DNA of 64,000 nt from Sulfurovaceae bacterium (GTDB lineage: Bacteria > Campylobacterota > Campylobacteria > Campylobacterales > Sulfurovaceae), in NCBI GenBank assembly GCA_028715055.1, contig JAQTLE010000001.1, forward strand, positions 486,382 to 550,381, in the 5' to 3' direction. The position numbers and the translations under genes are program-made. Numbering within the stretch: the first letter of the stretch is position 1; every line of letters begins with the position of its first letter. Under the pieces are notes generated by a model that made no database searches, had not been told where the DNA came from, and saw nothing but the letters and a program-made list of their open reading frames with translations. Positions 10,004-18,267 of this stretch are shown in pieces.

Positions 10004-11434
10004 ATGCAACAAAAAACAATAAAATTCAAGCATCTTAGAATAATCATTAAAATAAAAAATCATTTCATAAGCCAAGCAATTGTGAAATATTTTCAAAACC
10101 TGCATTTTGCTACAGTGCAAGCCAACTCGCAGATCAAATTACAGTTTTTCCAGTTTTTACCCTTTCTTGTAGCTTCTTTTATAACCGGTGCAGTTGCTTT
10201 TGGATACTACAGATTATTTAGATATGCCGAGGAATTATCGTTTGCCATATACGAACAAAACAGATTGTATATTTTTCTGATCACGCCTATTAGTTTTTTA
10301 TTGTCATGGTGGCTTGTAAAAAGATATGCCCCGTATTCCAGAGGAAGCGGTATTCCGCAAGTTATGGCGGCAATAGAACTTTCAGGCGGTAAAAAAAGTC
10401 ATCTAATCAAACATTTTGTAAGTCTAAGAATTATCATAGTGAAGATCTTAGCTAGCATAGTAAAGGTATTAGGGGGAGGAGTGCTGGGAAGAGAGGGCCC
10501 TACTATACAGATCTCAAGTTCAATTTTTGTAGTTATATATAAAATATTGCCATCTTGGTGGCCTCCCGTATCGCAAAAAAATATTTTAATAGCCGGCGCG
10601 GCATCTGGTTTGGCTGCAGCATTCAATACTCCGCTAGGAGGTATTATTTTTGCTATTGAAGAGTTGTCCAAGTTTCATATCAAGCATTATCAATTCCCGC
10701 TTTTTATAGGTGTTATAATCGCAGGTTTAACAGCCCAGGGGCTTGGAGGTTCATATCTATATTTAGGATATCCGAAATTGACAACAGAGGGGTGGATGGT
10801 ATTGCACGGTGTTTTGATCACTGCTTTGTTGTCCGGTTATTTTGGAAGTAAAATGGGTGTTGTGATACTTCGCGTTATGGATCTGTTTAGTTTGGCAAAA
10901 AGCAATATAGCTCAAATAGCCATAGTGTTATCATGCGCTTTTTTTGTAGCAATATCGATTTATTTTTTTGGCACTGAGGTTATGGGCTCAGGAAAAGAAC
11001 TTATGGAGAATATATTATTTAATGATGACAAAACGGTGGAATGGTATATACCGTTTATACGAATGAATAATTTAATAGCAACATTTAGTTTTGGCGGAGC
11101 GGGTGGGATATTTGCTCCGTCTTTAAGTTCCGGAGCGGCCATAGGCGCAGTTGTAGCTAAATATTTTCATATATTAGGCGCCTCTGAAAATTTGATAATA
11201 TTGGTAGGAATGACTGCTTTTTTGGCCGGTATTACAAGGGCTCCTTTTACATCTGCAATTATTGTTTTTGAGATGACAGATAGACACAGCGTTATTTTTT
11301 ACTTGATGTTAGGAGCTATTATTGCAAGTATGGTTGCAAATTTTGTGGATAAACAATCTTTTTACGATAGATTAAAAAAGAAATATTTGCAAGAGGTAAT
11401 ACCTAAAAAAAGTTCTAAAGTAAAACAACAATAA
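10004..11434 (+). CDS. ClC-family chloride channel / Cl-/H+ antiporter
   Basis: Canonical selectivity motifs GSGIPQV, GREGPTIQ and GGIFAPSL. Start moved to the ATG at 10004, which is in frame with the track ORF 9908-11434. Confidence 0.88.
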   Translation: MQQKTIKFKHLRIIIKIKNHFISQAIVKYFQNLHFATVQANSQIKLQFFQFLPFLVASFITGAVAFGYYRLFRYAEELSFAIYEQNRLYIFLITPISFLLSWWLVKRYAPYSRGSGIPQVMAAIELSGGKKSHLIKHFVSLRIIIVKILASIVKVLGGGVLGREGPTIQISSSIFVVIYKILPSWWPPVSQKNILIAGAASGLAAAFNTPLGGIIFAIEELSKFHIKHYQFPLFIGVIIAGLTAQGLGGSYLYLGYPKLTTEGWMVLHGVLITALLSGYFGSKMGVVILRVMDLFSLAKSNIAQIAIVLSCAFFVAISIYFFGTEVMGSGKELMENILFNDDKTVEWYIPFIRMNNLIATFSFGGAGGIFAPSLSSGAAIGAVVAKYFHILGASENLIILVGMTAFLAGITRAPFTSAIIVFEMTDRHSVIFYLMLGAIIASMVANFVDKQSFYDRLKKKYLQEVIPKKSSKVKQQ

Positions 11435-11478
11435 TGTTTTATCTTTTTTAACTTATTTTTTATATATTTATATTCAAA

Positions 11479-12153
11479 CTAAGACGGAAGTACCCTTTTT
11501 GCTTCTACAAAGCAATCTGCATATGATCCAGAATTCAGAGGTGAAACTATTATGCCTTTATCTTTTCCTGCGGCATGTATAAATTCACCGTTTCCTAAAT
11601 ATATCCCAACATGTGTTATAGGGATGCCTCTGCTTTTATCTGTTAGAAAAAATAACAAATCTCCTTGCTTTAGATAATTAGGATCTACGCGTGAACCGAT
11701 TTTGGATTGAGCAAGTGCTGTGCGAGGAAGCTTGATCCCGTGTTTGTTATAAAGATATTGAACATATCCTGAGCAATCAAATCCATTTGGAGTTGTTCCT
11801 CCCCATGTATATCTATCACCTTTGTGGATTTTAGCATCTTCTATGAGCATTTGTTGATTTATGTTGCCGACACAATAAGAATTGTTTGTCTGTTTTGTAT
11901 TTTGTTTTTTTGATGGGATATATCTATTTTGTGGGTTGTTTGCCTCAGCCTTCATTGCCAAAATTTTTTGCTGTTGCAATTCATTATAAAATGCTTGGTA
12001 TGAATATTCTTTGATATTTTGAGTAAGGGCCGGGTTGTCTCTGTGTTTTATGATATGTTTACTATCTGAACCCGAAATGCTAAATATATTTGTTCCAAAT
12101 GCAATAATGCTAAAGAATAAAAATATAAATATTTTTGGCATTATCTTCCTCAA
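11479..12153 (-). CDS. NlpC/P60 family peptidoglycan endopeptidase, secreted or lipoprotein
   Basis: N-terminal signal sequence. Catalytic Cys context GFDCSGYVQY and His context THVGIYLG. Confidence 0.85.
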   Translation of the reverse strand: MRKIMPKIFIFLFFSIIAFGTNIFSISGSDSKHIIKHRDNPALTQNIKEYSYQAFYNELQQQKILAMKAEANNPQNRYIPSKKQNTKQTNNSYCVGNINQQMLIEDAKIHKGDRYTWGGTTPNGFDCSGYVQYLYNKHGIKLPRTALAQSKIGSRVDPNYLKQGDLLFFLTDKSRGIPITHVGIYLGNGEFIHAAGKDKGIIVSPLNSGSYADCFVEAKRVLPS

Positions 12154-12215
12154 ATCTTGTTTTTCGATAATTATAACATATTTTGCAAACAGAACTTTTA
12201 GGATATAATGCCGTC

Positions 12216-13355
12216 ATGATACCGATTGTGATTATAGGCGGAGGAGCTAGCGGCCTAATGTTAGCTTCATTATTGCCTGCCAAAAATGCTATTGTCATAG
12301 AATCAAACTCAAAAGTCGGGGCCAAACTTTTAGTTAGTGGCGGCGGTAGATGCAATGTCACCAATGAAGTTCTAAGCAGTAGTAATTATTTAGGGGATCA
12401 AGATTTTATATCTAATGTTTTAAGACAATTTGATCAAAATGCACTTTTGAGATGGCTTGAGGCTAGAGGTCTAGAATTGGTATACCAAAAAAACCATCAA
12501 TATTTTTGTCCAAATAGCGCCAAAGAAATCGTCTCCGTTTTGGTAAAGGATAGCTCTAAGCAAACAATTTTATTAAATGAAAAAGTTATTGATATTAAGA
12601 AAAACAATGACTACTTTGAGATAAATACAACCAAGCAAATCATTAAAGCAAAAGCAGTTGTTGTGGCTTCCGGCGGATTGAGCTATCCAGTGCTTGGTGC
12701 AAGTGATCTGGGTTATATCGTAGCTCAAAAAATGGGACACCGCATAAATAAACTAGCTCCGGCATTGGTAGGATTTACTCTCCAAAAAGAACAGTTTTTC
12801 ATGAAAGAACTCAGTGGTTCATCTGTCAATAATGTTGAGATCAGAGTAGGGCAAAAAAGTTGCATAGGAGACTTACTGTTTACTCACAAAGGCATCAGTG
12901 GACCTAGTGTACTTGATGCATCATTGTATTGGGAAAAAGGATCCATAACAATTGATTTTTTACCTAATTTCAGATGGAAAAGTATAATTGGTTCTAAAAA
13001 AAATATAAGCACTCTACTTCCGCTCCCAAAACGAGTGATCAAATCACTTTTGGAGCATTTAAATGTTCCTGATAAGACTTTCGATGCTTTAACAAAAGAC
13101 GAGAGAGATAGACTTTTTGGATTACAAAATTATTCTTTAGCACCTGCCGGTACTTTCGGTTATAACAAAGCGGAGGTTACCAAGGGAGGAGTGAGAGTAG
13201 ATGAGGTAGATTCCCATACCATGATGAGCAATAAAGTGGATGGATTGTATTTTATCGGGGAAGTGTTGGATGTTACGGGTGAACTTGGAGGATATAATTT
13301 GCAATGGGCATTTTCCTCTGCTTATGTATGCGCCGAAGCTTTAAAATTAAATTAA
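12216..13355 (+). CDS. NAD(P)/FAD-dependent oxidoreductase, HI0933/BaiN-like flavoprotein
   Basis: N-terminal dinucleotide fold VIIGGGASG and C-terminal GEVLDVTGELGGYNLQWAFSS, typical of the HI0933 family. ATG at 12216 preferred over the track TTG at 12183. Confidence 0.8.
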   Translation: MIPIVIIGGGASGLMLASLLPAKNAIVIESNSKVGAKLLVSGGGRCNVTNEVLSSSNYLGDQDFISNVLRQFDQNALLRWLEARGLELVYQKNHQYFCPNSAKEIVSVLVKDSSKQTILLNEKVIDIKKNNDYFEINTTKQIIKAKAVVVASGGLSYPVLGASDLGYIVAQKMGHRINKLAPALVGFTLQKEQFFMKELSGSSVNNVEIRVGQKSCIGDLLFTHKGISGPSVLDASLYWEKGSITIDFLPNFRWKSIIGSKKNISTLLPLPKRVIKSLLEHLNVPDKTFDALTKDERDRLFGLQNYSLAPAGTFGYNKAEVTKGGVRVDEVDSHTMMSNKVDGLYFIGEVLDVTGELGGYNLQWAFSSAYVCAEALKLN

Positions 13356-13414
13356 ATGAAGATATTAACAAGTCTCTTTTTGATATAATAAGAAAAATTC
13401 AGCAAGTAGGTTTT

Positions 13415-14146
13415 ATGGCAGTAAAAGAACTTCGTCATGATGGACATATTTTTACAATTGCATATGATATTGTCAATCCGACAAGTTCAAACACAATAGT
13501 TATTTTGCATGGCTGGGGAAGCAATAAAGAGATAATGAAACAAGCTTTTGGCAAACTTATGCCTGAATTGAGACATATCTATATTGATATGCCAGGCTTT
13601 GGAAAAAGTACGAACCATACAGTATTAACTACCCAAGACTATGCAAATATTATCAATAAATTTTTAAAAGATATTGAAGTCAAACCAAAAATTATTGTCG
13701 GACATTCATTTGGCGGCAAAGTAGCAACTTTGCTTAACCCTCCTTGCTTGGTGCTTATTTCATCATCCGGTATTTTAGTGCCTAAACCTTTTAGTATAAA
13801 AGCCAAGATAGCTATATTTAAATTACTCAAACCGTTAGGATTTACAAAACTTCGTTCTATTTTTGCCAGTAAAGATGTGCAAGGCATGAGTTATGAGATG
13901 TATGAAACATTCAAAAATGTAGTTAATGAGGATTTCGAATCGCAATTTGCAAATTTTAAAAATAGGGCATTTTTGTTTTGGGGCAAAGAAGATACGGCCA
14001 CTCCTCTTTGGACGGCCAAAAAAATACAATCTATTATGAATCATAGCATTCTGTATCCATTAAGCGGAGATCATTATTTCTTTTTGAAACATGCTTCATT
14101 TATAGCTAAAACAATTACAGATATTTGCGAGGATGGTGAACAATGA
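13415..14146 (+). CDS. alpha/beta hydrolase
   Basis: Nucleophile elbow GHSFGG (GxSxG). ATG at 13415 avoids the overlap with the previous gene. 4-nt overlap with murF. Confidence 0.8.
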   Translation: MAVKELRHDGHIFTIAYDIVNPTSSNTIVILHGWGSNKEIMKQAFGKLMPELRHIYIDMPGFGKSTNHTVLTTQDYANIINKFLKDIEVKPKIIVGHSFGGKVATLLNPPCLVLISSSGILVPKPFSIKAKIAIFKLLKPLGFTKLRSIFASKDVQGMSYEMYETFKNVVNEDFESQFANFKNRAFLFWGKEDTATPLWTAKKIQSIMNHSILYPLSGDHYFFLKHASFIAKTITDICEDGEQ

Positions 14147-15546
14147 TAGAGTTTTTAGGGTATTTGCTATTTGTATTAGCATCCGGTTATTATTTGATCA
14201 CAAATCTACAATGGTATAGTTATAAATTGGGTCGTGTGCTTTTTCACCATACTAAGCCGCTGTGGAATATTATATATTTCATAATCCCTTTAGCGTTGTA
14301 TATATTGGCTTCCCATTTATGGAAAATGGGAATAGTAGTTTCTTTGCTTTATATTGGCATGTTATATTTTTGGTATAGAGGTCTTGATAAACCGCTTGTA
14401 TGGACAGGAAGGATCAAGAGATTTTTTGTGCCACTTGTAGTCTTTGCATTGTTGTTTTGGTTTGTAGCCGAATGTACGTTTGTCATTGCTCCATTTATAG
14501 CAGCTTGGATCGCTTCACTATTGATCGAAAAAATATTATTTTTAGGGTACAAAGCCAAAGCCAAAGCCAAAATAGAAGGCATGAAAGATCTGATAGTAGT
14601 CGGGATTACAGCAAGTTACGGCAAAACCAGCATCAAAAACTTTTTAGCTCATATCCTGCAAGGAAGTTTTCGTACATATGCTACACCAAGATCTGTAAAT
14701 ACACTTGGCGGTATCATGAAAGATATAAATGACGATCTGCCAAATAATACTCAAGTATATATTGTAGAAATGGGCGCTAGGGTAAAAGGCGATATATTAG
14801 AGATCACAACATTCGTAAATCCCGAGTATGCAATTGTCGGCAAAATAGGCCCGGCTCACATTGAGTATTTTAAAACATTAGATGCAATATCTGCAACCAA
14901 ACTAGAGATATTGCAAAGCAATCGCTTAAAAGAAGCATGGCTACATGAAAGCACGATGGTAAATGCATCTCAAAATATACATATTTTTGGACCCAACATA
15001 ACAGATGTAGTTTCAACTCTTGATAGTACAAGTTTTATGCTCGATGGCACTAGATATGAAGTTCCGATACTTGGAGAATTCCATGCTATAAATCTAGCAG
15101 CAGCCATAAGCGTTGCAATTACGCTTGGTTTGGATCAAGAAACTATCAAAAAAAGATTAAAAACACTCAAGGCAACACCTCATAGATTAGAAAGAATCGA
15201 TGCAGGCGGAAAACTGATCCTTGATGATAGCTTTAATGGCAATATAGACGGCATGATGGCATCTTTTGCTCTAGCTTCTACTTACAAGGGACGAAAAGTA
15301 GTCATCACACCAGGGCTTGTAGAAGCAGGCGAAGAGCTTAATATTCAAGTTGCCAAAAAGGCAAATGAAGTATTTGACGTTGTAGTTGTAACGGGCGGAC
15401 TCAACCTTGCTATTTTTGAGAAATATGTAGATCATGATAAACTTATCAAGCTTTCTCAAAAATCCCAAATGCAAGATATGTTGATAAAACATACAAAGGC
15501 CGGGGATTTGATACTTTTTGCAAATGATGCCCCGAGTTTTATATGA
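14143..15546 (+). CDS. murF: UDP-N-acetylmuramoyl-tripeptide--D-alanyl-D-alanine ligase with a hydrophobic N-terminal extension
   Basis: Mur ligase P-loop GITASYGKTS at about residue 155, with central and C-terminal Mur ligase domains. The first ~145 aa are predicted TM helices. Confidence 0.88.
   Translation: MIEFLGYLLFVLASGYYLITNLQWYSYKLGRVLFHHTKPLWNIIYFIIPLALYILASHLWKMGIVVSLLYIGMLYFWYRGLDKPLVWTGRIKRFFVPLVVFALLFWFVAECTFVIAPFIAAWIASLLIEKILFLGYKAKAKAKIEGMKDLIVVGITASYGKTSIKNFLAHILQGSFRTYATPRSVNTLGGIMKDINDDLPNNTQVYIVEMGARVKGDILEITTFVNPEYAIVGKIGPAHIEYFKTLDAISATKLEILQSNRLKEAWLHESTMVNASQNIHIFGPNITDVVSTLDSTSFMLDGTRYEVPILGEFHAINLAAAISVAITLGLDQETIKKRLKTLKATPHRLERIDAGGKLILDDSFNGNIDGMMASFALASTYKGRKVVITPGLVEAGEELNIQVAKKANEVFDVVVVTGGLNLAIFEKYVDHDKLIKLSQKSQMQDMLIKHTKAGDLILFANDAPSFI
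14551..14571 (+). repeat. in-frame hexanucleotide tandem repeat (AAAGCC)x3 plus AAA, encoding KAKAKAK
   Basis: Read directly from the sequence. It forms the linker between the MurF membrane segment and the catalytic domains. Confidence 0.7.
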
Positions 15547-16388
15547 TGAAAAAAATTATTTTATCTATATTATTGTTTTCATTTTTTGCATTTGCTCAAA
15601 CATCTGAAAAATTGGTAGCTACACCTTTGAAATTAACTAAAGCACAAGAACTATACATTGCCCAAAAAGTGAGCAAGAATGAAATATTGGGGCGAGATAT
15701 TTATCTGGTGCATTGGAATGACGGAGAGGATTTTGCATCGCTAGGAATAGGCCATTTTATATGGTTCCCTGCCGGACATACCGAGAAATTTAGAGAAGTT
15801 TTCCCTATGGTACTCTCATATATGAAAGATAGAAATATCTCTATGCCTTCATGGCTTACCCCAACTACTCCTTTTCCTTGGAACACAAAAAAAGAATTCT
15901 ATGAAGCAAAAACGAGAAACGACAAGCAATATCAAGAGCTATTTAATTTTTTACAATCCACAAAAGATATCCAAGCAGGCTTTCTTGTAGATAGACTTTT
16001 TAAGGCTTTGCCTCAAATCCTTAATACTATAGATGATCCTAAAAAAGCTGCGATGATCGAAGAAAGATTCAATAAAATATTATATAATCGTGATGGTTCT
16101 CTTAATGAGCACGGAGCTTATGTGTTGACAGATTATGTCAATTTCAAAGGCGAAGGTACTCTGCCAAGTGAGAGGTATAACAACCAAGGCTGGGGTTTGC
16201 TACAAGCATTGGAAAACATGGATCCCAAAGAAAGCGATAGATTCAAAGCATTTAGTGACAGCGCGAAAGCTATGCTCTCACGTCGTATTGCAAACTCTCC
16301 GAAGGCTCGTGGCGAGGAGAGATGGAGAATAGGATGGAATAAGAGATTAGACACTTATCTGATGCCAAGGGATGATAATGAAAAATAA
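15543..16388 (+). CDS. uncharacterised secreted protein
   Basis: Signal peptide MMKKIILSILLFSFFAFAQ. ATG overlaps the murF TGA (ATGATG). I recognise no family. Confidence 0.7.
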   Translation: MMKKIILSILLFSFFAFAQTSEKLVATPLKLTKAQELYIAQKVSKNEILGRDIYLVHWNDGEDFASLGIGHFIWFPAGHTEKFREVFPMVLSYMKDRNISMPSWLTPTTPFPWNTKKEFYEAKTRNDKQYQELFNFLQSTKDIQAGFLVDRLFKALPQILNTIDDPKKAAMIEERFNKILYNRDGSLNEHGAYVLTDYVNFKGEGTLPSERYNNQGWGLLQALENMDPKESDRFKAFSDSAKAMLSRRIANSPKARGEERWRIGWNKRLDTYLMPRDDNEK

Positions 16389-16884
16389 GCGACCTTTGTT
16401 TAAAAAGTCGATCAAAGAGATATTATTTTTTTTGATATTTTTTTTGTTAGCCGGCATAATTGTAAACTTCTTTCGTCAACCGGAAGTGCCAAAGAATGTT
16501 TTGCAAAATCTTCAGCAGCCGATTGTTGGGATGCAAGAAAATTATTCGCTGCCCAAATCTAAACCATTGATTGTTCATTTTTGGGGTATTTGGTGTCCTG
16601 TATGCAAAACAGAGATACCAAATATTAATTCTTTGGCAAAAGACTATGAGGTTATTACTGTGGTAGTCAATTCGGGAAGCGATAAAGATATAAAAGATTT
16701 TCTAGATAAACAAGGGTTAAAATTAAAAGTGATCAACGATCAAAATGGTGAAATAGCATCAAGTTTTGATATAGGAGTGTATCCTACTACTTTGATCTAT
16801 GATTCCAACGGAACGTTGAAGTTTAATGAGGTAGGTTACAGAACTATAGCAGGAATGATAGGACGAATGTTATTTGTCAAATAA
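16372..16884 (+). CDS. TlpA/ResA-like membrane-anchored thiol:disulfide oxidoreductase
   Basis: N-terminal TM anchor and thioredoxin motif WGIWCPVC. Confidence 0.85.
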   Translation: MIMKNKRPLFKKSIKEILFFLIFFLLAGIIVNFFRQPEVPKNVLQNLQQPIVGMQENYSLPKSKPLIVHFWGIWCPVCKTEIPNINSLAKDYEVITVVVNSGSDKDIKDFLDKQGLKLKVINDQNGEIASSFDIGVYPTTLIYDSNGTLKFNEVGYRTIAGMIGRMLFVK

Positions 16885-16901
16885 AAATAAAGGATAAAAA
16901 A

Positions 16902-17456
16902 ATGGATAAAAATTTAGAATCAAGAGCCGGTGGTAAATGTGAGTTATGCGGAGCAGAAGGCGAATTGCAAGCATATAGTGTCACAGGTACAAATCCAGAG
17001 AATATTGCATTATGCTCTACTTGTATGGATTCAATAGAAGAGCCTTTGCTTAATGCAAATCATTGGAGATGTCTAGGCGAGAGTATTTGGAGTGGAGTTC
17101 CTGCGGTACAGGTAGCATCATATCGTACGCTTAAAAAGCTAAGTGCTGAAGGCGAATCATGGGCTAACGATATTTTAGAAATCGCTTATCTTGAGCCTGA
17201 AGTTTTGGCATGGGCAAATGAAGGCATTCAAAGCGAGGAGAGCGGTGAACCAACCAAAGATAGCAATGGTACTACTCTAAATGAAGGCGATAGCGTAACT
17301 ATCATCAAAGACCTTGAAGTTAAAGGTGCTGGATTTACTGCCAAACAAGGGACTAAAGTAACAAATATACATTTGACTAATGACCCGGAGCAGATAGAGG
17401 GCCGTGTAAACGGTGTTAAAATAGTTTTGCTTAGTAAGTTTTTGAAAAAAGTATGA
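16902..17456 (+). CDS. phnA: PhnA-domain protein (zinc ribbon plus PhnA C-terminal domain)
   Basis: CELCG...CSTC zinc ribbon. C-terminal DSNGTTLNEGDSVTIIKDLEVKG...KVTNI...IEGRVNGVKIVL matches the PhnA domain pattern. Confidence 0.8.
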   Translation: MDKNLESRAGGKCELCGAEGELQAYSVTGTNPENIALCSTCMDSIEEPLLNANHWRCLGESIWSGVPAVQVASYRTLKKLSAEGESWANDILEIAYLEPEVLAWANEGIQSEESGEPTKDSNGTTLNEGDSVTIIKDLEVKGAGFTAKQGTKVTNIHLTNDPEQIEGRVNGVKIVLLSKFLKKV

Positions 17457-17471
17457 GCAAATTGCTCATAC
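17445..17471 (-). terminator. rho-independent terminator for recO; the hairpin is shared with convergent phnA
   Basis: Perfect inverted repeat GTATGAGCAA-A-TTGCTCATAC (17451-17471). On the minus strand it is followed by TTTTTT (17445-17450). Confidence 0.55.
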
Positions 17472-17477
17472 TGGCCG

Positions 17478-18095
17478 CTAAAACCCTTTCATGATAACCC
17501 CAAAAAGATATTCCACCTCTTCATCTTCCAGATAAAGCGTACTATCGCTATCATACAAATATAGTAATTTTTCTTTCGATATGCTAGAAGCATATATACA
17601 CTCCGGATGTGTTGGCAAAAAGGCATGCATAAGTGATACATCAACTTCTAGAGCTTGTTCGCAAATATAGCATTTTTGCGGCTGGTAAAGTCTGCCTTCA
17701 AACTTAAGAAGTTTGATGTAGCTTTCACAAATAATGCGTTTTGGATTTTGTTTATCCCATCTTTTTGCAGCGTCTAGCAACAGATTGAAATAAAATGGAT
17801 CGATATCTCCGGTATCTCGCAGATGGGGCGCAAAAATAGATACAAAATTGTGCCATATAAGTAGTCTATTTTTTTCATGAAGCCAAGGAAATCCTATATG
17901 AGAAAGACCTCTAAGCCGTGTCATATAGCCACTGCCTTCACCTTCTATCTCATAATCTATCAAATGGCCGACTTGCAATATAGAGTGTCTTGCTCCAAAA
18001 AAACGATAATAATGTTTTATATCGTGAGCAGATATGATAAGCGCTATCATGTCTTCATTTTTGGCTTTTTTGAGATTTAGTACAAAACCTTTGAT
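17478..18095 (-). CDS. recO: DNA repair/recombination protein RecO (small epsilonproteobacterial type); probable non-canonical ATC start
   Basis: YRFFGARHS motif and a CYIC...HPEC zinc-finger-like pair. The track ORF starts at the ATG at 18050, but the frame stays open to 18125 and encodes KGFVLNLKKAKNED. AAGGAA (18101-18106) sits 5 nt upstream of ATC 18093-18095. Confidence 0.65.
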   Translation of the reverse strand: MKGFVLNLKKAKNEDMIALIISAHDIKHYYRFFGARHSILQVGHLIDYEIEGEGSGYMTRLRGLSHIGFPWLHEKNRLLIWHNFVSIFAPHLRDTGDIDPFYFNLLLDAAKRWDKQNPKRIICESYIKLLKFEGRLYQPQKCYICEQALEVDVSLMHAFLPTHPECIYASSISKEKLLYLYDSDSTLYLEDEEVEYLFGVIMKGF

Positions 18096-18267
18096 GTTTA
18101 TTCCTTGTCGAAAACTTATTTTGAATTATAGTACAAATCATCTGAGCAGTCCAAAAAATAGAACCAAAATAGCATTAAACAAATTTTTAATGACTTTTTT
18201 GTATAATCACCCCCAATTGAATAGGTTTTTTACAATGCCCTATCACAAATAAACTTAAGGTTGGATT

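Noticed and set aside
13304-13414. Long overlap between the flavoprotein gene and the alpha/beta hydrolase ORF as given in the track.
   Set aside because: This is an artefact of taking the first possible start. An internal ATG at 13415 gives a normal hydrolase N-terminus and removes the overlap.
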